Position numbers and translations under genes: made by a program. 64,000 nucleotides of DNA from positions 32,001 to 96,000 of IMG/VR virus record IMGVR_UViG_3300037457_000038. The stretch is one strand, 5' to 3'. Positions 21,431 through 31,246 of the stretch are shown here, one piece after another. Numbering within the stretch: the first letter of the stretch is position 1; every line of letters starts with the position of its first letter. The DNA comes from a virus. Under the pieces are notes generated by a model. The model was not told the origin of the DNA, ran no database searches, and saw nothing but the letters and a program-made list of their open reading frames with translations.

Positions 21431-22669
21431 GTGCTGAACAACCAGATCATCGTCACCGACGGCACCCTGCGCGCGTACGCCCACAGGAACGCGCAGGGTG
21501 TCGTCGACGCGGCAGAACTCACTCACGGCGAGTGGGAAGAGATGCGCGCCCGGAATGCGAACTCCACGAAGGTCAAGCTGATCAAGTGCGCCAAGTGCTG
21601 GCAGCTGTACCGCGAGGTCCAGTGGCTGAAGACGTACAACACCAGCAGAGGCACGTGCGTCATCAGCCACCAGGCAGGCGAGGCGCGGCCGGACCACGAC
21701 TACGAGCCCGTCGAGACTCCAGTGCACCGGGCGTACAACAACCGCGCGTTCATGATCGGCGACGCCGAGGGCTACGACCCGCGGAAGGAAGCTTGGGCGC
21801 CGGATAAGAAGACCCGCGCCGATGTGCTGCTCACCGGAACGCTCACGATCGCTTACGAGCACCAGCACTCTCCGTTCAGCGCCACAGGGCGGTACAGCGC
21901 CCCCGAGCGCACCCGACTTGCTGCGGCTGTCGGGCGCACGGCCATGTGGCATGCCACCAGTGACACGGTCCGGGGCCAGGTGCCGATCCTCCGTACTGAC
22001 GGCGGCCTGCCGCCGAAGGTGATCGAAAACCCGAACTACCGGCATGAGTTCCGCGGCGGCATCTACCGCATTGAGATCTATACGTGCACCGTGCGCGACG
22101 GCCACGAGTGCCCGAACCGCAAGTTCAGCGGCTGCGGGAAGCCCCACGCCCGAGGACAGGTCACGGCAGGCGAGCTGGACGATGTCCTGCGAGGTGCCCC
22201 GATCGGCGAGTACATGCATCTGACTGACGCCAAGGTGGCCCGTGCGCCCAAGTTCTTCTGGACTGACCGGCAGTCATACGACCAGTACCTCATGTACGTC
22301 GCTGGCTCCGATACGCCGTCGCTCCTCGACGGCATACCAGCGAACCGGGGGAGGACCAGGAACGGCGCCCGCGGCGGGCATTCCCGCGCCAAGGAGCTGG
22401 AGCTTGAGGCGATGCGCGCGCAGGCCGTCGACCTGTCCGCGCTCGCCACGCAGCCCGACGAAGCGCTACGCCGTGCCCGCGATGGAGGCGGCCCGGAGAG
22501 CTGCACCCACTGGGTCGGCGCCGAGACCCGCTACTGCCACGCCACCGAGGCGGTACGCCGGTACGTAGTCGGCTACCGCTGCCCGGCGCACACGCCGAAC
22601 GCCCTTCGAGGGCTCCCCGAAGCGCCACCCGGGCCAGGCATCCCCGCCTACCGGGAGGCGGAGCGATGA
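21431..22669 (+). CDS. CoiA-like nuclease-domain protein with C-terminal Cys/His module
   Basis: CAKC..ISH..ETPVH..RADVL..YEHQHS; strong RBS. Confidence 0.6.
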   Translation: MLNNQIIVTDGTLRAYAHRNAQGVVDAAELTHGEWEEMRARNANSTKVKLIKCAKCWQLYREVQWLKTYNTSRGTCVISHQAGEARPDHDYEPVETPVHRAYNNRAFMIGDAEGYDPRKEAWAPDKKTRADVLLTGTLTIAYEHQHSPFSATGRYSAPERTRLAAAVGRTAMWHATSDTVRGQVPILRTDGGLPPKVIENPNYRHEFRGGIYRIEIYTCTVRDGHECPNRKFSGCGKPHARGQVTAGELDDVLRGAPIGEYMHLTDAKVARAPKFFWTDRQSYDQYLMYVAGSDTPSLLDGIPANRGRTRNGARGGHSRAKELELEAMRAQAVDLSALATQPDEALRRARDGGGPESCTHWVGAETRYCHATEAVRRYVVGYRCPAHTPNALRGLPEAPPGPGIPAYREAER

Positions 22670-22671
22670 CG

Positions 22672-22863
22672 TCAGGACTCAGCGGGTTCAGCCTTCGGCC
22701 GGCGCACGGCCGTCACCTTCGGTGTGCCGATGTACCACAGCACGAACTGGCGGAGCGCGGACGAGCGGTCCGTCCCCTCCGCCTTGGTCATCTCGCCGAA
22801 GCGTTGCCATGGCTCGGTGTCGAGTCGGAATCGCTGGATGGGCGTCTTCGGTGCGTTTGGCAT
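22672..22863 (-). CDS. Small ribbon-helix-helix-like DNA-binding protein
   Basis: MPNAPKTPIQRFRLDTEPWQRFGEMTKAEGTDRSSALRQFVLWY; divergent from HNH gene. Confidence 0.7.
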   Translation of the reverse strand: MPNAPKTPIQRFRLDTEPWQRFGEMTKAEGTDRSSALRQFVLWYIGTPKVTAVRRPKAEPAES

Positions 22864-22896
22864 GTGGGGCTCCCGGGTGTCGGAGGTGCTGGCGGT

Positions 22897-22968
22897 GGTG
22901 GCTACACCAGCATAGTAGCGAACTTGATCGGTGTGGCTACACCTGACATAGTTGGTGTAGCCACACCG
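22897..22968. promoter_or_regulatory. Operator-like boxes between RHH and HNH genes
   Basis: CGGTGTGGCTACACC (22929-22943) and its perfect reverse complement (22954-22968); partial third copy at 22897-22908. Confidence 0.7.
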
Positions 22969-22989
22969 TGCATGCCGAAAGGGAGTCAA

Positions 22990-24291
22990 ATGGCAGTCTC
23001 CAAGCGCCTCCGCTACGAAGTCCTCCGCCGCGACGGACACACCTGCCGCTACTGCGGCGGCACCGCCCCTGACGTGAAACTCACCGTCGACCACGTCACG
23101 CCCGTAGCCCTCGGCGGCACCGACACCGCAGACAACCTCGTCACCGCCTGCGGCCCCTGCAACAGCGGCAAGACCAGCTCCGCGCCGGACGCATCCCTCG
23201 TCGACGACGTCGCAGACGACGCCCTCCGGTGGGCCAACGCCATGAAGCAGGCCGCCGAGAACCTGCGCGAGCAGGAGAAGCCGAAGCTCGAATACCGCGA
23301 AGCATTCCTCCGCGAATGGAGCCGGTGGGGCCTCGGGAAAGGCGACAACCGAAAGTCGATCGAACTGCCCGGCGACTGGAAGCCCAGCATCGAGAACTTC
23401 CGCCTCGCAGGACTGCCCGCCTGGGTGTGGGCGGACATCGTCGACGCCGCTATGGGCCGCGACAAAGTCCTCCCGGAGAACAAGTTCAAGTACTGCTGCG
23501 GCATCGCCTGGAACAAGGTAACGGAACTCCAGGCTGATGCTCGACGAATCGTCGCCCCGGCTACCGCTGCTCCTGATTTGAGCCCACTCGGACAAGTTGC
23601 GTTCGACGTGTGGAGCCACACATGGCGCGAAGACCACGAGGAAGAGCCGCCCGCAGATGTTCAGGCAGGGTTCGCCCAGAGCGTCCAGGCGTATTTGGTG
23701 GAGGAGGAGTGGCTGCCAGCCGACCGCTTCATCGCGGCCGCTTCAGCTGGCGGGTCGGAGCGGTGCCCGACGATCCAAGCCTCGCTGGACACGCTCACCA
23801 GCACCGAACGGGCTGAAGTTGTCATCGAATGGGGCGACGCCTGGTGCGTCACTGGCGACAGCGCGCCCGATGGCTTCTTCTACTCGGTTGTTGCGGGCCA
23901 GGTCGACGCGATCGCTGAGCACTACCACGGGGACCTAAGCAGGATACGCCTTGCGGCGATCTTGGCTGGCTACCACCAGACCACCGAATTGCACTTCGGG
24001 CTACGCCCTGCCGACACCGCGGCAACGGGGGTGAGCCCGCATCGCCGGAGGGCGGTTGACCTCTGGTCCCGAAGTTTCCGTGGCGCGGCGGCGCGCTGGC
24101 CGACAGACGAGGAACGCGCCGCATTCTTCGGGCACATGCAGCGTGTCTTCGAGGACGGCCGGTATCGCACGGGCGACTTGTTCACCGCTGCTGTCGCTGC
24201 TGGCACCTATCAGGACCCCGACATGACTACATGCCTGACTCGGCACAGTTCCGTGTTCGAAGCAGCGGAATCTCCGCTGCCTGCTGCCTGA
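22990..24291 (+). CDS. HNH endonuclease with long C-terminal extension
   Basis: LRYEVLRRDGHTCRYCG..VDHVTPVALGG..NLVTACGPCNSGK. Confidence 0.88.
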   Translation: MAVSKRLRYEVLRRDGHTCRYCGGTAPDVKLTVDHVTPVALGGTDTADNLVTACGPCNSGKTSSAPDASLVDDVADDALRWANAMKQAAENLREQEKPKLEYREAFLREWSRWGLGKGDNRKSIELPGDWKPSIENFRLAGLPAWVWADIVDAAMGRDKVLPENKFKYCCGIAWNKVTELQADARRIVAPATAAPDLSPLGQVAFDVWSHTWREDHEEEPPADVQAGFAQSVQAYLVEEEWLPADRFIAAASAGGSERCPTIQASLDTLTSTERAEVVIEWGDAWCVTGDSAPDGFFYSVVAGQVDAIAEHYHGDLSRIRLAAILAGYHQTTELHFGLRPADTAATGVSPHRRRAVDLWSRSFRGAAARWPTDEERAAFFGHMQRVFEDGRYRTGDLFTAAVAAGTYQDPDMTTCLTRHSSVFEAAESPLPAA

Positions 24292-24328
24292 AGCCTTCTG
24301 TACGCCCTGCGCAATGAGATGAGAGCCC

Positions 24329-25165
24329 GTGAGTATCAAGGTGACGAACTGGGTGTGGGCCATGTCGGAGTCCCGTAATGGGGCTCGGCTGGTCATGCTC
24401 GCCTTGGCTGACCGTGCGGACGACACCGGGTTTTCGTGGCCGTCGATCGAAGACCTGAGTGAGCGTACGAAGCTCTCGGCTCGCGCGGTACAGAAGGGCA
24501 TCGCGAAGCTGGTCGAGATCGGCGAGCTGGAGGTCGAAGAGGGGGGCGGTCGGAGGGTCCGGAACCGGTACCGGATCACCCCGAAACCCCGCACATCTGA
24601 CGGGGTTACTGGCGAGGAACCCCGCACATCTGACGGGGTATCGCCAGAAGAAACCCCGAACTTTGAACCAGAAACCCCGAACTCTGCGACAGAAACCCCG
24701 AACAATACTCCCGGTAACCCCGTCAAATCTGCGGGGGAACCACCACAGGAACCGTCAAGGGAACCGTCAGGGAACCACCACCACTACCCGGCCCCCGACG
24801 AAGATCACCAGCGTGCGCCTGAGGACGTGGACAGCAGCCGCTACCCCCAGTGGCTCACCGAACTCCAAGACACCATGTCCGCCGCCGGGATCAACGTCCC
24901 GTGGAAGTTCCTCGGCGACGACATGATCCGGCTCCACAACGACATCAAGCGGCTCGGTATCCCGCTGATGGTGGAGCAAGCCGTCAACGCAGCGAGCAGC
25001 GCCACGAAGCCGCCATTCAGCTCGCGGTGGTTCTACGACGGCTGGCACTCCATGCGCACTCCAGCCGCCGCCCCTGACGACCGTCCCCCACTCCGCGCCG
25101 TATCCGGCGGCTGGCAGCCCTGGACCAACCCCGAAGACCAATCCGTCTACAAGAACCGGTGGTGA
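24329..25165 (+). CDS. HTH replication initiator (lambda O-like)
   Basis: ARLVMLALADRADDTGFSWPSIEDLSERTKLSARAVQKGIAKL; internal iterons; upstream of a DnaC-like ATPase. Confidence 0.8.
   Translation: MSIKVTNWVWAMSESRNGARLVMLALADRADDTGFSWPSIEDLSERTKLSARAVQKGIAKLVEIGELEVEEGGGRRVRNRYRITPKPRTSDGVTGEEPRTSDGVSPEETPNFEPETPNSATETPNNTPGNPVKSAGEPPQEPSREPSGNHHHYPAPDEDHQRAPEDVDSSRYPQWLTELQDTMSAAGINVPWKFLGDDMIRLHNDIKRLGIPLMVEQAVNAASSATKPPFSSRWFYDGWHSMRTPAAAPDDRPPLRAVSGGWQPWTNPEDQSVYKNRW
24585..24736. repeat. Iterons inside the initiator gene, candidate origin
   Basis: AACCCCGCACATCTGACGGGGT x2 (24585, 24618); AGAAACCCCGAAC x3 at 21-bp period (24649, 24670, 24691); inverted imperfect copy near 24717-24736. 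Confidence 0.75.
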
Positions 25166-25168
25166 CCC

Positions 25169-25948
25169 ATGACCCACCCCGACCGCCTCGCAGACCGACC
25201 CGGCAGCATGCTCGCCCGCCTCATCGCTGGCGTACGCGAGCACGCCCCGGACGCCGCCGCCCTCGGCCCGTTGCCGCCCGAGGCGCCCGGCCCCGACGAG
25301 CCGGGTCACCCCGAGTACCACCGCCGCCAGCGGGTGGAGTTCGCGCTCAAGCGCTGGTCTGCGGCTACCCCGCGCCGCTACCGGTCGGCTACCGCCACCG
25401 ACCCCCGCGTCGAGACCTGGGTCGTGCAGGCTGCCGCGTACTTTGCCCAGCCCGAACCTGACCCCGACGACGAGGACGCCACCGACGAGGCGCCGATACT
25501 CCCGTCGCTGCTCCTCACTGGCCCGACCGGTACCGGGAAGACGCATGAGGCGTACGGCGCGCTCCGCGCCATCGCCGAGTCCGCACCCCGCCGCCGGTAC
25601 TCGCTGATCGCCACGACCAGCGCCGACATGTACGGCGACCTCCGCCCCACCGGACAGGTCGGTGCCGCCGAGCAGCAGCTGAAGCGGCTCGTCGAAATCC
25701 CGCTGCTCCTCCTCGACGACCTCGGCTCCGCCAAAGCATCCGAGTGGACCGAGGAGGTCACCTACCGGCTGATCAACGAGCGGTACAACACCTGCCTCCC
25801 GACGATCTTCACCAGCAACCTGCCGCCCGCCGCCACCGGCCGCACCGACCTCACCGGGATGCTCGGCGACCGCATCGTCTCCCGCCTCGCCGAAATGACC
25901 ACCGTCATCGACATGACCGGCACCGACCGCCGCCGGAGGTCCGCATGA
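25169..25948 (+). CDS. DnaC/IstB-like AAA+ helicase loader
   Basis: GPTGTGKT, LLLLDDLG, LINERY..TIFTSN, DRIVSRL, GTDRRR. Confidence 0.9.
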   Translation: MTHPDRLADRPGSMLARLIAGVREHAPDAAALGPLPPEAPGPDEPGHPEYHRRQRVEFALKRWSAATPRRYRSATATDPRVETWVVQAAAYFAQPEPDPDDEDATDEAPILPSLLLTGPTGTGKTHEAYGALRAIAESAPRRRYSLIATTSADMYGDLRPTGQVGAAEQQLKRLVEIPLLLLDDLGSAKASEWTEEVTYRLINERYNTCLPTIFTSNLPPAATGRTDLTGMLGDRIVSRLAEMTTVIDMTGTDRRRRSA

Positions 25949-28900
25949 ACGTCAACGACACCTGCCCCCGCTGCATGAAACGGGACGTGCCACCCCGCGT
26001 CGACGCCGAGGACTACGACGGCAACCCCCACAGCTCCTACCGCTGCCCCGCCTGCGGCCACACCTGGTTCACCATCCGCCGCGCCGAGCCGGGCCCGGAC
26101 TACTACGCCACCTACGACGACCCCGACGCGTGGGAAGCCGAAGACGACTTCACCGACTACGACCGCGAACGAGGCTGGCTGTGACCGGCGCTCCGCGGCC
26201 GGACAGTCTGCGCCTCACCGGTCCCCCCGCCCCGGAGTGGCAGGTGCCATGCCCGCACTGCAAAGCCCCACCCGGCACCCGCTGCACCACACCACGCGGC
26301 CGGCCACTCCACACCCCGTACCACCCCGCACGACACCACGCCCACCAACAGCAGCAGGAGACCCAGCCGTGACCCAGCAGCACGCCACCCGCCAGCCCCT
26401 CACTGACCACGACCTCGACCTCATCGCAGTCCGCGCCGCGCACCTGAACGAGACATCCGGCTACGCCCGGCTGCCCGACGATGCCGAAATCCTGACCGGA
26501 ACCGACGTGCCCGCACTCCTCACCGAAATCCACCGCCTCCGCGACGAACTCGCCGAAGTCAAAGCCGGGCAAGACCCCCGACTCCGCTGCCTCATCGTCA
26601 AGCCCGACCGAGACAAGGACATGTACGTCGGCTGGTCCAACACCGTCGAAACACCCACCGGCGTCTGGTCCCGCGAAACCGCCCTCGAATACGGCTTCCC
26701 GCGATCCCGCCTCGACCGCGCCGACACCAACGGCAGCAGCGACCTCAGCCACGGCGACGGCCACTGGAACGACACCGGGTTCATCGCAGAACAACGCGGC
26801 TGGCTCCGTCGTGACCGCCTCGGCGACTACGCCATCGAGTACCTCCACGGCGACCGGCAAGCCGCGTTCGACCTGCTGGAGCCATTCGAGGACGAGACCG
26901 AGGTGCGCCGCTGAGACCGCCGTCATCCGGTTCCACCACCAGCCGCGCACAGGACCAGCCGACGTGACCCCGCGCTGTGCCGCCTGCCGCCGCCAGCTCC
27001 GTGACCCCGACAGCCGCACCCGCGGCTTCGGCCCGGTTTGCTGGCGCGCCAGACACCCACCACCAGCACGCGGTGGCCCCGCCCCGCCACGACACCGGCC
27101 ACAACCCGAACAGCAGCAACTCGCACTCGAACTGGAGACACCCGTGACCCTCGCCGAACTCCGCGCCCAACTCGACGCCCTCAACCTGCCCGACGACACC
27201 CCCGTGATCCTCGCCCGCGACGCCGAAGGCAACGGCTACAGCCCCATCGCCACCGTCGACGACGCGCTGTACGACGCCGAATCCCCGTACAGCGGCTCCA
27301 TGTACGCCAGCCCCGCCATGCGGGCCGCCGAGCCGGACGAGTGGGACGAGGCGCCCTTCAGGGCGGTCACTGCGGTCTTCCTCCGGCCCACGAACTGACC
27401 CCGCCGCCTGCTGCCCGGCCGTCATCGTGCGGCCGGGCCCGACCCCGGAGACACCATGACCCACCACCGCCCCAGCAAGGCCCCTGTGCGCCCGTCTGAC
27501 GGCCCGAACCCCATCGGCGAGTCCCGCGCGGAGCCCGGCGCTCCCGCAGAGGCTCACACAGGCGCTCAGAAGCTCCGGCTCGACCAGATGAACGACGACC
27601 TGCTCGAAGCCCTCTACGACGAACGCGACCAGCTCCGAGCCTGGCTCGAACGCGGCATCGACCAGCACATGGCCTTCGGCCTCATCCGCCCCGACGGCAC
27701 CGACGAACAGTTCCCCTGCGCGGACTGGTGCTACGCCTGCCGCCTCGACCGCGCCGAGGCCGAGCGGGACATGCTGGGCCGGGAGTCGGACCGGCTCCGC
27801 CGCGACTGGGTCGCGATGCGCGCCCGCGCCGAAACCGCCGAGGCCGCACGGGACCAGCACGCCGACATCCTCCGCGAGTACATCCAACTCGCCGACGTCA
27901 CCCACGCCTACCGCATCCAAGGCGGCCACGACAGCCTCGGCGAGAACCTGTCCTGCGCCGGGTGCGCACTGCGCGACAAAGCCCGCACCGCCCTGGCCGC
28001 CCAACTCCAGGACGGGCCAACCAGCGGCGCCGACGACGCCACCGGAGCCTGACATGCACGACCGTCCCCTGAACGACTGCGGGTTCCCCTCCGAGACCAT
28101 CGCCGCCGAGTACGAAACCGACCAAGCCCTCCGCGAGGCAGGCGACAACATGACCGACCCGTACTTCGCCGCCGCGTGGGCTGCCGAGTGCGAGCAGCGC
28201 GACCTCGACCGCGACAGCGTGCAGGCCGCCGCCGAGGAGAGCAGCCAGTGACCTACCCGACCTGCCCTCGCTGCCAATGCCACTCACAGACGCTCAGCAA
28301 CGACGGCCGCACCATCCGATGTGTCCGGACATCCGGCCACCCAGGCGACCACGTAAACCTGCTCAAAGCAGGTCCCGAGCGGATCCGCTGGCCTGAACCC
28401 TCACCCGAGGGGAGCAGCCATTGAGCAGCGAGGAGCCAGAGCGTGCCCATATCGCTGAGGGCCGCGCGCTCGCCCGCGCTGACCGCGACGAAGCCCTCAC
28501 CAAGGACACCCCCGAGGAGAACGACCGATGAGCGACGCCCGGATCTACCGCTACGAAGTACCCGTCGACGACCAATGGCACGCGATCACCGGATGCAGCA
28601 CACCCCTCCACATCGACTCCCGTGACCCGCAGGTGGTCGAGTTCTGGGCCTGGCCCCGGCCCGACCTGCCCGCCCGGTTCTTCCGGGTCTTCGGCACCGG
28701 CCACCCCATCCCCGACGGAGCCGTCTACCGCGGCACAACCGTGGCGCCCGGGGGCGTCCTGGTCTGGCACCTCCTGGAGGACCGATGAGCGACACCGCCA
28801 GCCCGGCCGACGAGCTGCACGCCGCCGCCACGAAGCTGTACGCCCTGCTCGCCGACCTGGGCGACTGCCGAGGCCCCTGGTACGTCGTGAACCGGAAGCA

Positions 28901-29695
28901 GCGCCCGTACCCGCAGCGCATCGACAACATCGGCGTGCCCTACATCGTCGCCAGCACCACCACCGACCCCAGCCATCCGCCGACGATCGCGGACTACATC
29001 GTCGTCATGCACCCCGGCGTAGGGCGCGCGGTCGCCGAATGGCTCACCGCCGCCGCCGACGAGGCCGAAACCATCGGCACCGACCCGGAAGCCCTCGCGG
29101 TGGCGCAGGCGATCCTCGGACAGCACGCCCCGGACGACGCGTCGGTGCGCATGCCGTGCGGCTGCGACCTCGAAGGCGGTGACTGCACCGACAAGGCCGC
29201 CCCGGATGACGGGCTGCGCGAGGAGTACGCGGCGCTCTTCCGCTGCCCGCCCGGAGAAACCCTCCTCGGCGACGAGCCGCCCGGAACCATCGCCGACGCG
29301 ATCCTCACCGTCCGCGACCGCCACGTGGAGGAGCTGCGCGCCGACTGCCAACAGCTCTCCGACCAGGCCGACGAATGGCACCACCGCGCCGAACACGCCG
29401 AAGCCGCCCTCACCCGTGTGCGCGACGTCGCCACAGTGGCCACAGCCAACCCCGCTGCAGGCCTCAGCGACTACCGCATCGGCCGCCACGACCTCGCACA
29501 GGCCATCCTCACCACCCTCGGCCAGACCGGCCAGGAGCAGCCCGAACCCACCGAGGAGAGCTGACCGTGGTTGTCGCATGCAGCAGCAAGGGACGCCCCG
29601 GCGCCGTCAAGGTCGTCAAAGGCGGCCAGTACGAATGCGTCCGGTGCGGGGTCCGCTGGCCGATGAGCCGGGGCAGCAGGCACCCGCAGCGCTAA
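25945..29695 (+). CDS. Array of hypothetical genes (25945-26184, 26181-26372, 26369-26914, ORF ending 27398, 27456-28052, 28054-28251, 28248-28424, 28528-28788, 28785-29564, 29567-29695)
   Basis: Coupled ORFs, many with CxxC motifs; typical actinophage early/middle genes. Confidence 0.55.
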
Positions 29696-29866
29696 ACAGC
29701 AGGAGGCCCGCACTCCCGGGGGGTGGGGTGCGGGCCAACGCGGCCGGCGGTTACGCGCTGCACCACGCTACCGTCCGGCGCCGACAACGGTCACGCTTCC
29801 GCAACAGCCGTACGCCAGCAGCTGGTGTACGGCACCATGACCCCCACTCGAACACAAAGGGGGAAC

Positions 29867-30418
29867 ATGCGCACCCGCACCGCCGCATCCACAGCCGCCG
29901 TACTCACGGCCGGATTGCTACTCACCGGCTGCTCCAGCAACAACACCAGCGACACCGGCCAGGACGGCAAACCAGACGACACCGTCACCGCAGCCACCGA
30001 AAAAGCCGAAGAGGAAACCGAAGAGACCGGGGACAAGGCCGTCGGCCTCACCCAAGCCGTCACCTACGACGACGGCGTCGAAGTCTCCCTCACCGGATTC
30101 ACGCGCGGCGTATCAAGCGAGTTCGCGTCACCGGAGAACACGCCGTACATAAAGTTCACCATCAAGGTCAACAACGGCGGCAAGACGACCATCGACCTCA
30201 ACGAGATGTACCTAAGCTGCCTCTACGGCGATGATGCCAAGCCGGGCGAGCAGATCTTCGACGAGGGCCTCGACATGCCGACGACACACGTCCGGCCGGG
30301 CCGGTCTATCAGCGTGACCACTGCGTGCGAGCTGCCGAAAGGTGAGGAGTACGCGCAGATCGAGCTGACGCCGACTGCGGAATCCGAGACAGCGATCTTC
30401 GCGGGCGACGTCAAATAG
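29867..30418 (+). CDS. Lipoprotein (DUF4352-like Ig fold), possible superinfection or entry exclusion
   Basis: Signal peptide with lipobox LLTG-C; acidic linker; beta-sandwich-like C-terminus. Confidence 0.7.
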   Translation: MRTRTAASTAAVLTAGLLLTGCSSNNTSDTGQDGKPDDTVTAATEKAEEETEETGDKAVGLTQAVTYDDGVEVSLTGFTRGVSSEFASPENTPYIKFTIKVNNGGKTTIDLNEMYLSCLYGDDAKPGEQIFDEGLDMPTTHVRPGRSISVTTACELPKGEEYAQIELTPTAESETAIFAGDVK

Positions 30419-30439
30419 CCTGATCCCGGGCAGCGCAAC

Positions 30440-30467
30440 GCCCCGCCAACTACCTCTTGGCGGGGCC
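30440..30467. terminator. Hairpin between convergent genes
   Basis: GCCCCGCCAA-CTACCTC-TTGGCGGGGC. Confidence 0.6.
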
Positions 30468-30673
30468 CCGTCGCGTGCGGCTACTCCTCCATCAGCGATC
30501 CCACCCCGCACCCTCGTCGCCCTCAAGCCATGCGTAGTAGTCGCTGCCCTGCCACGCCGTATGCCTGCCGTGATAGCCGCGCTCTCCGCAGTACACGGTG
30601 TCCGGCATCGGCTCCTCCCGGTACGTGGCCGGGCACGGCGCGTCGTCCTCCTGCACGAACTCATCCACGCCGC

Positions 30674-31111
30674 TCACTCCTGCGTCTCCGGCGGCGGCCC
30701 GTAGCCCGCCTCCTCCAAGGCGTTCATCAGGTCGCCGACGTCCGAGCCGTACCCGTCGTTGGCGTCGGCGATCCACTTCCACACGATCCCGAGAATCGCT
30801 TGCGCGTCGCCGCTGAGCGGGCGCGCCTCTGTGTGCTGTTTCGTCACTTCTTCTCCTTGGTCGTCGGCGGGCGCGAGGTCGGTCTGGGGCCTGCGCTTCT
30901 TGCCTTGCTGCTTCGGGTTCGCCTCGAACCAGGCGGCCACCTCGTCAGCGTGATACCGGATCTTCGTGGAGCCCTCCACCGAGACCGGCTGAGGGAAGGT
31001 GCTGCTCCGCCGGTACGTGTGCACCGATGAGCGGCTCACCCCGTGCTCCTCCGCGATCTCATTGATGGTGATCAAGCGCGGGCTCCCCTCTCGTTCAGGG
31101 TTTTCGGGCAC
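30674..31111 (-). CDS. AlpA/Xis-like HTH regulator divergent from the transfer operon
   Basis: LITINEIAEEHGVSRSSVHTYRRSSTFPQPV..YHADEVAAWF; GGAGG RBS. Confidence 0.8.
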   Translation of the reverse strand: MPENPEREGSPRLITINEIAEEHGVSRSSVHTYRRSSTFPQPVSVEGSTKIRYHADEVAAWFEANPKQQGKKRRPQTDLAPADDQGEEVTKQHTEARPLSGDAQAILGIVWKWIADANDGYGSDVGDLMNALEEAGYGPPPETQE

Positions 31112-31126
31112 GGCTACATCCTCCCC

Positions 31127-31153
31127 GAACTTCTGGACAATGTCCAGAAGTTC
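31127..31153. promoter_or_regulatory. Perfect palindromic operator candidate
   Basis: GAACTTCTGGACA-A-TGTCCAGAAGTTC (13-bp arms) in the divergent promoter region; a second 13-bp hairpin at 31183-31216. Confidence 0.75.
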
Positions 31154-31246
31154 TGTCACTGTGGAACTGCACCAACAGAAACGGCCCGGCAGGAGATCTC
31201 ACCCTCCTGCCGGGCCAGCCACCGCCTGCCTACACAGGAGATGACC

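Noticed and set aside
22666-22989. N-terminal extension of the HNH ORF (541-aa version)
   Set aside because: Overlaps the leftward RHH gene and operator boxes; ATG 22990 has a GGGAG RBS and starts the HNH domain
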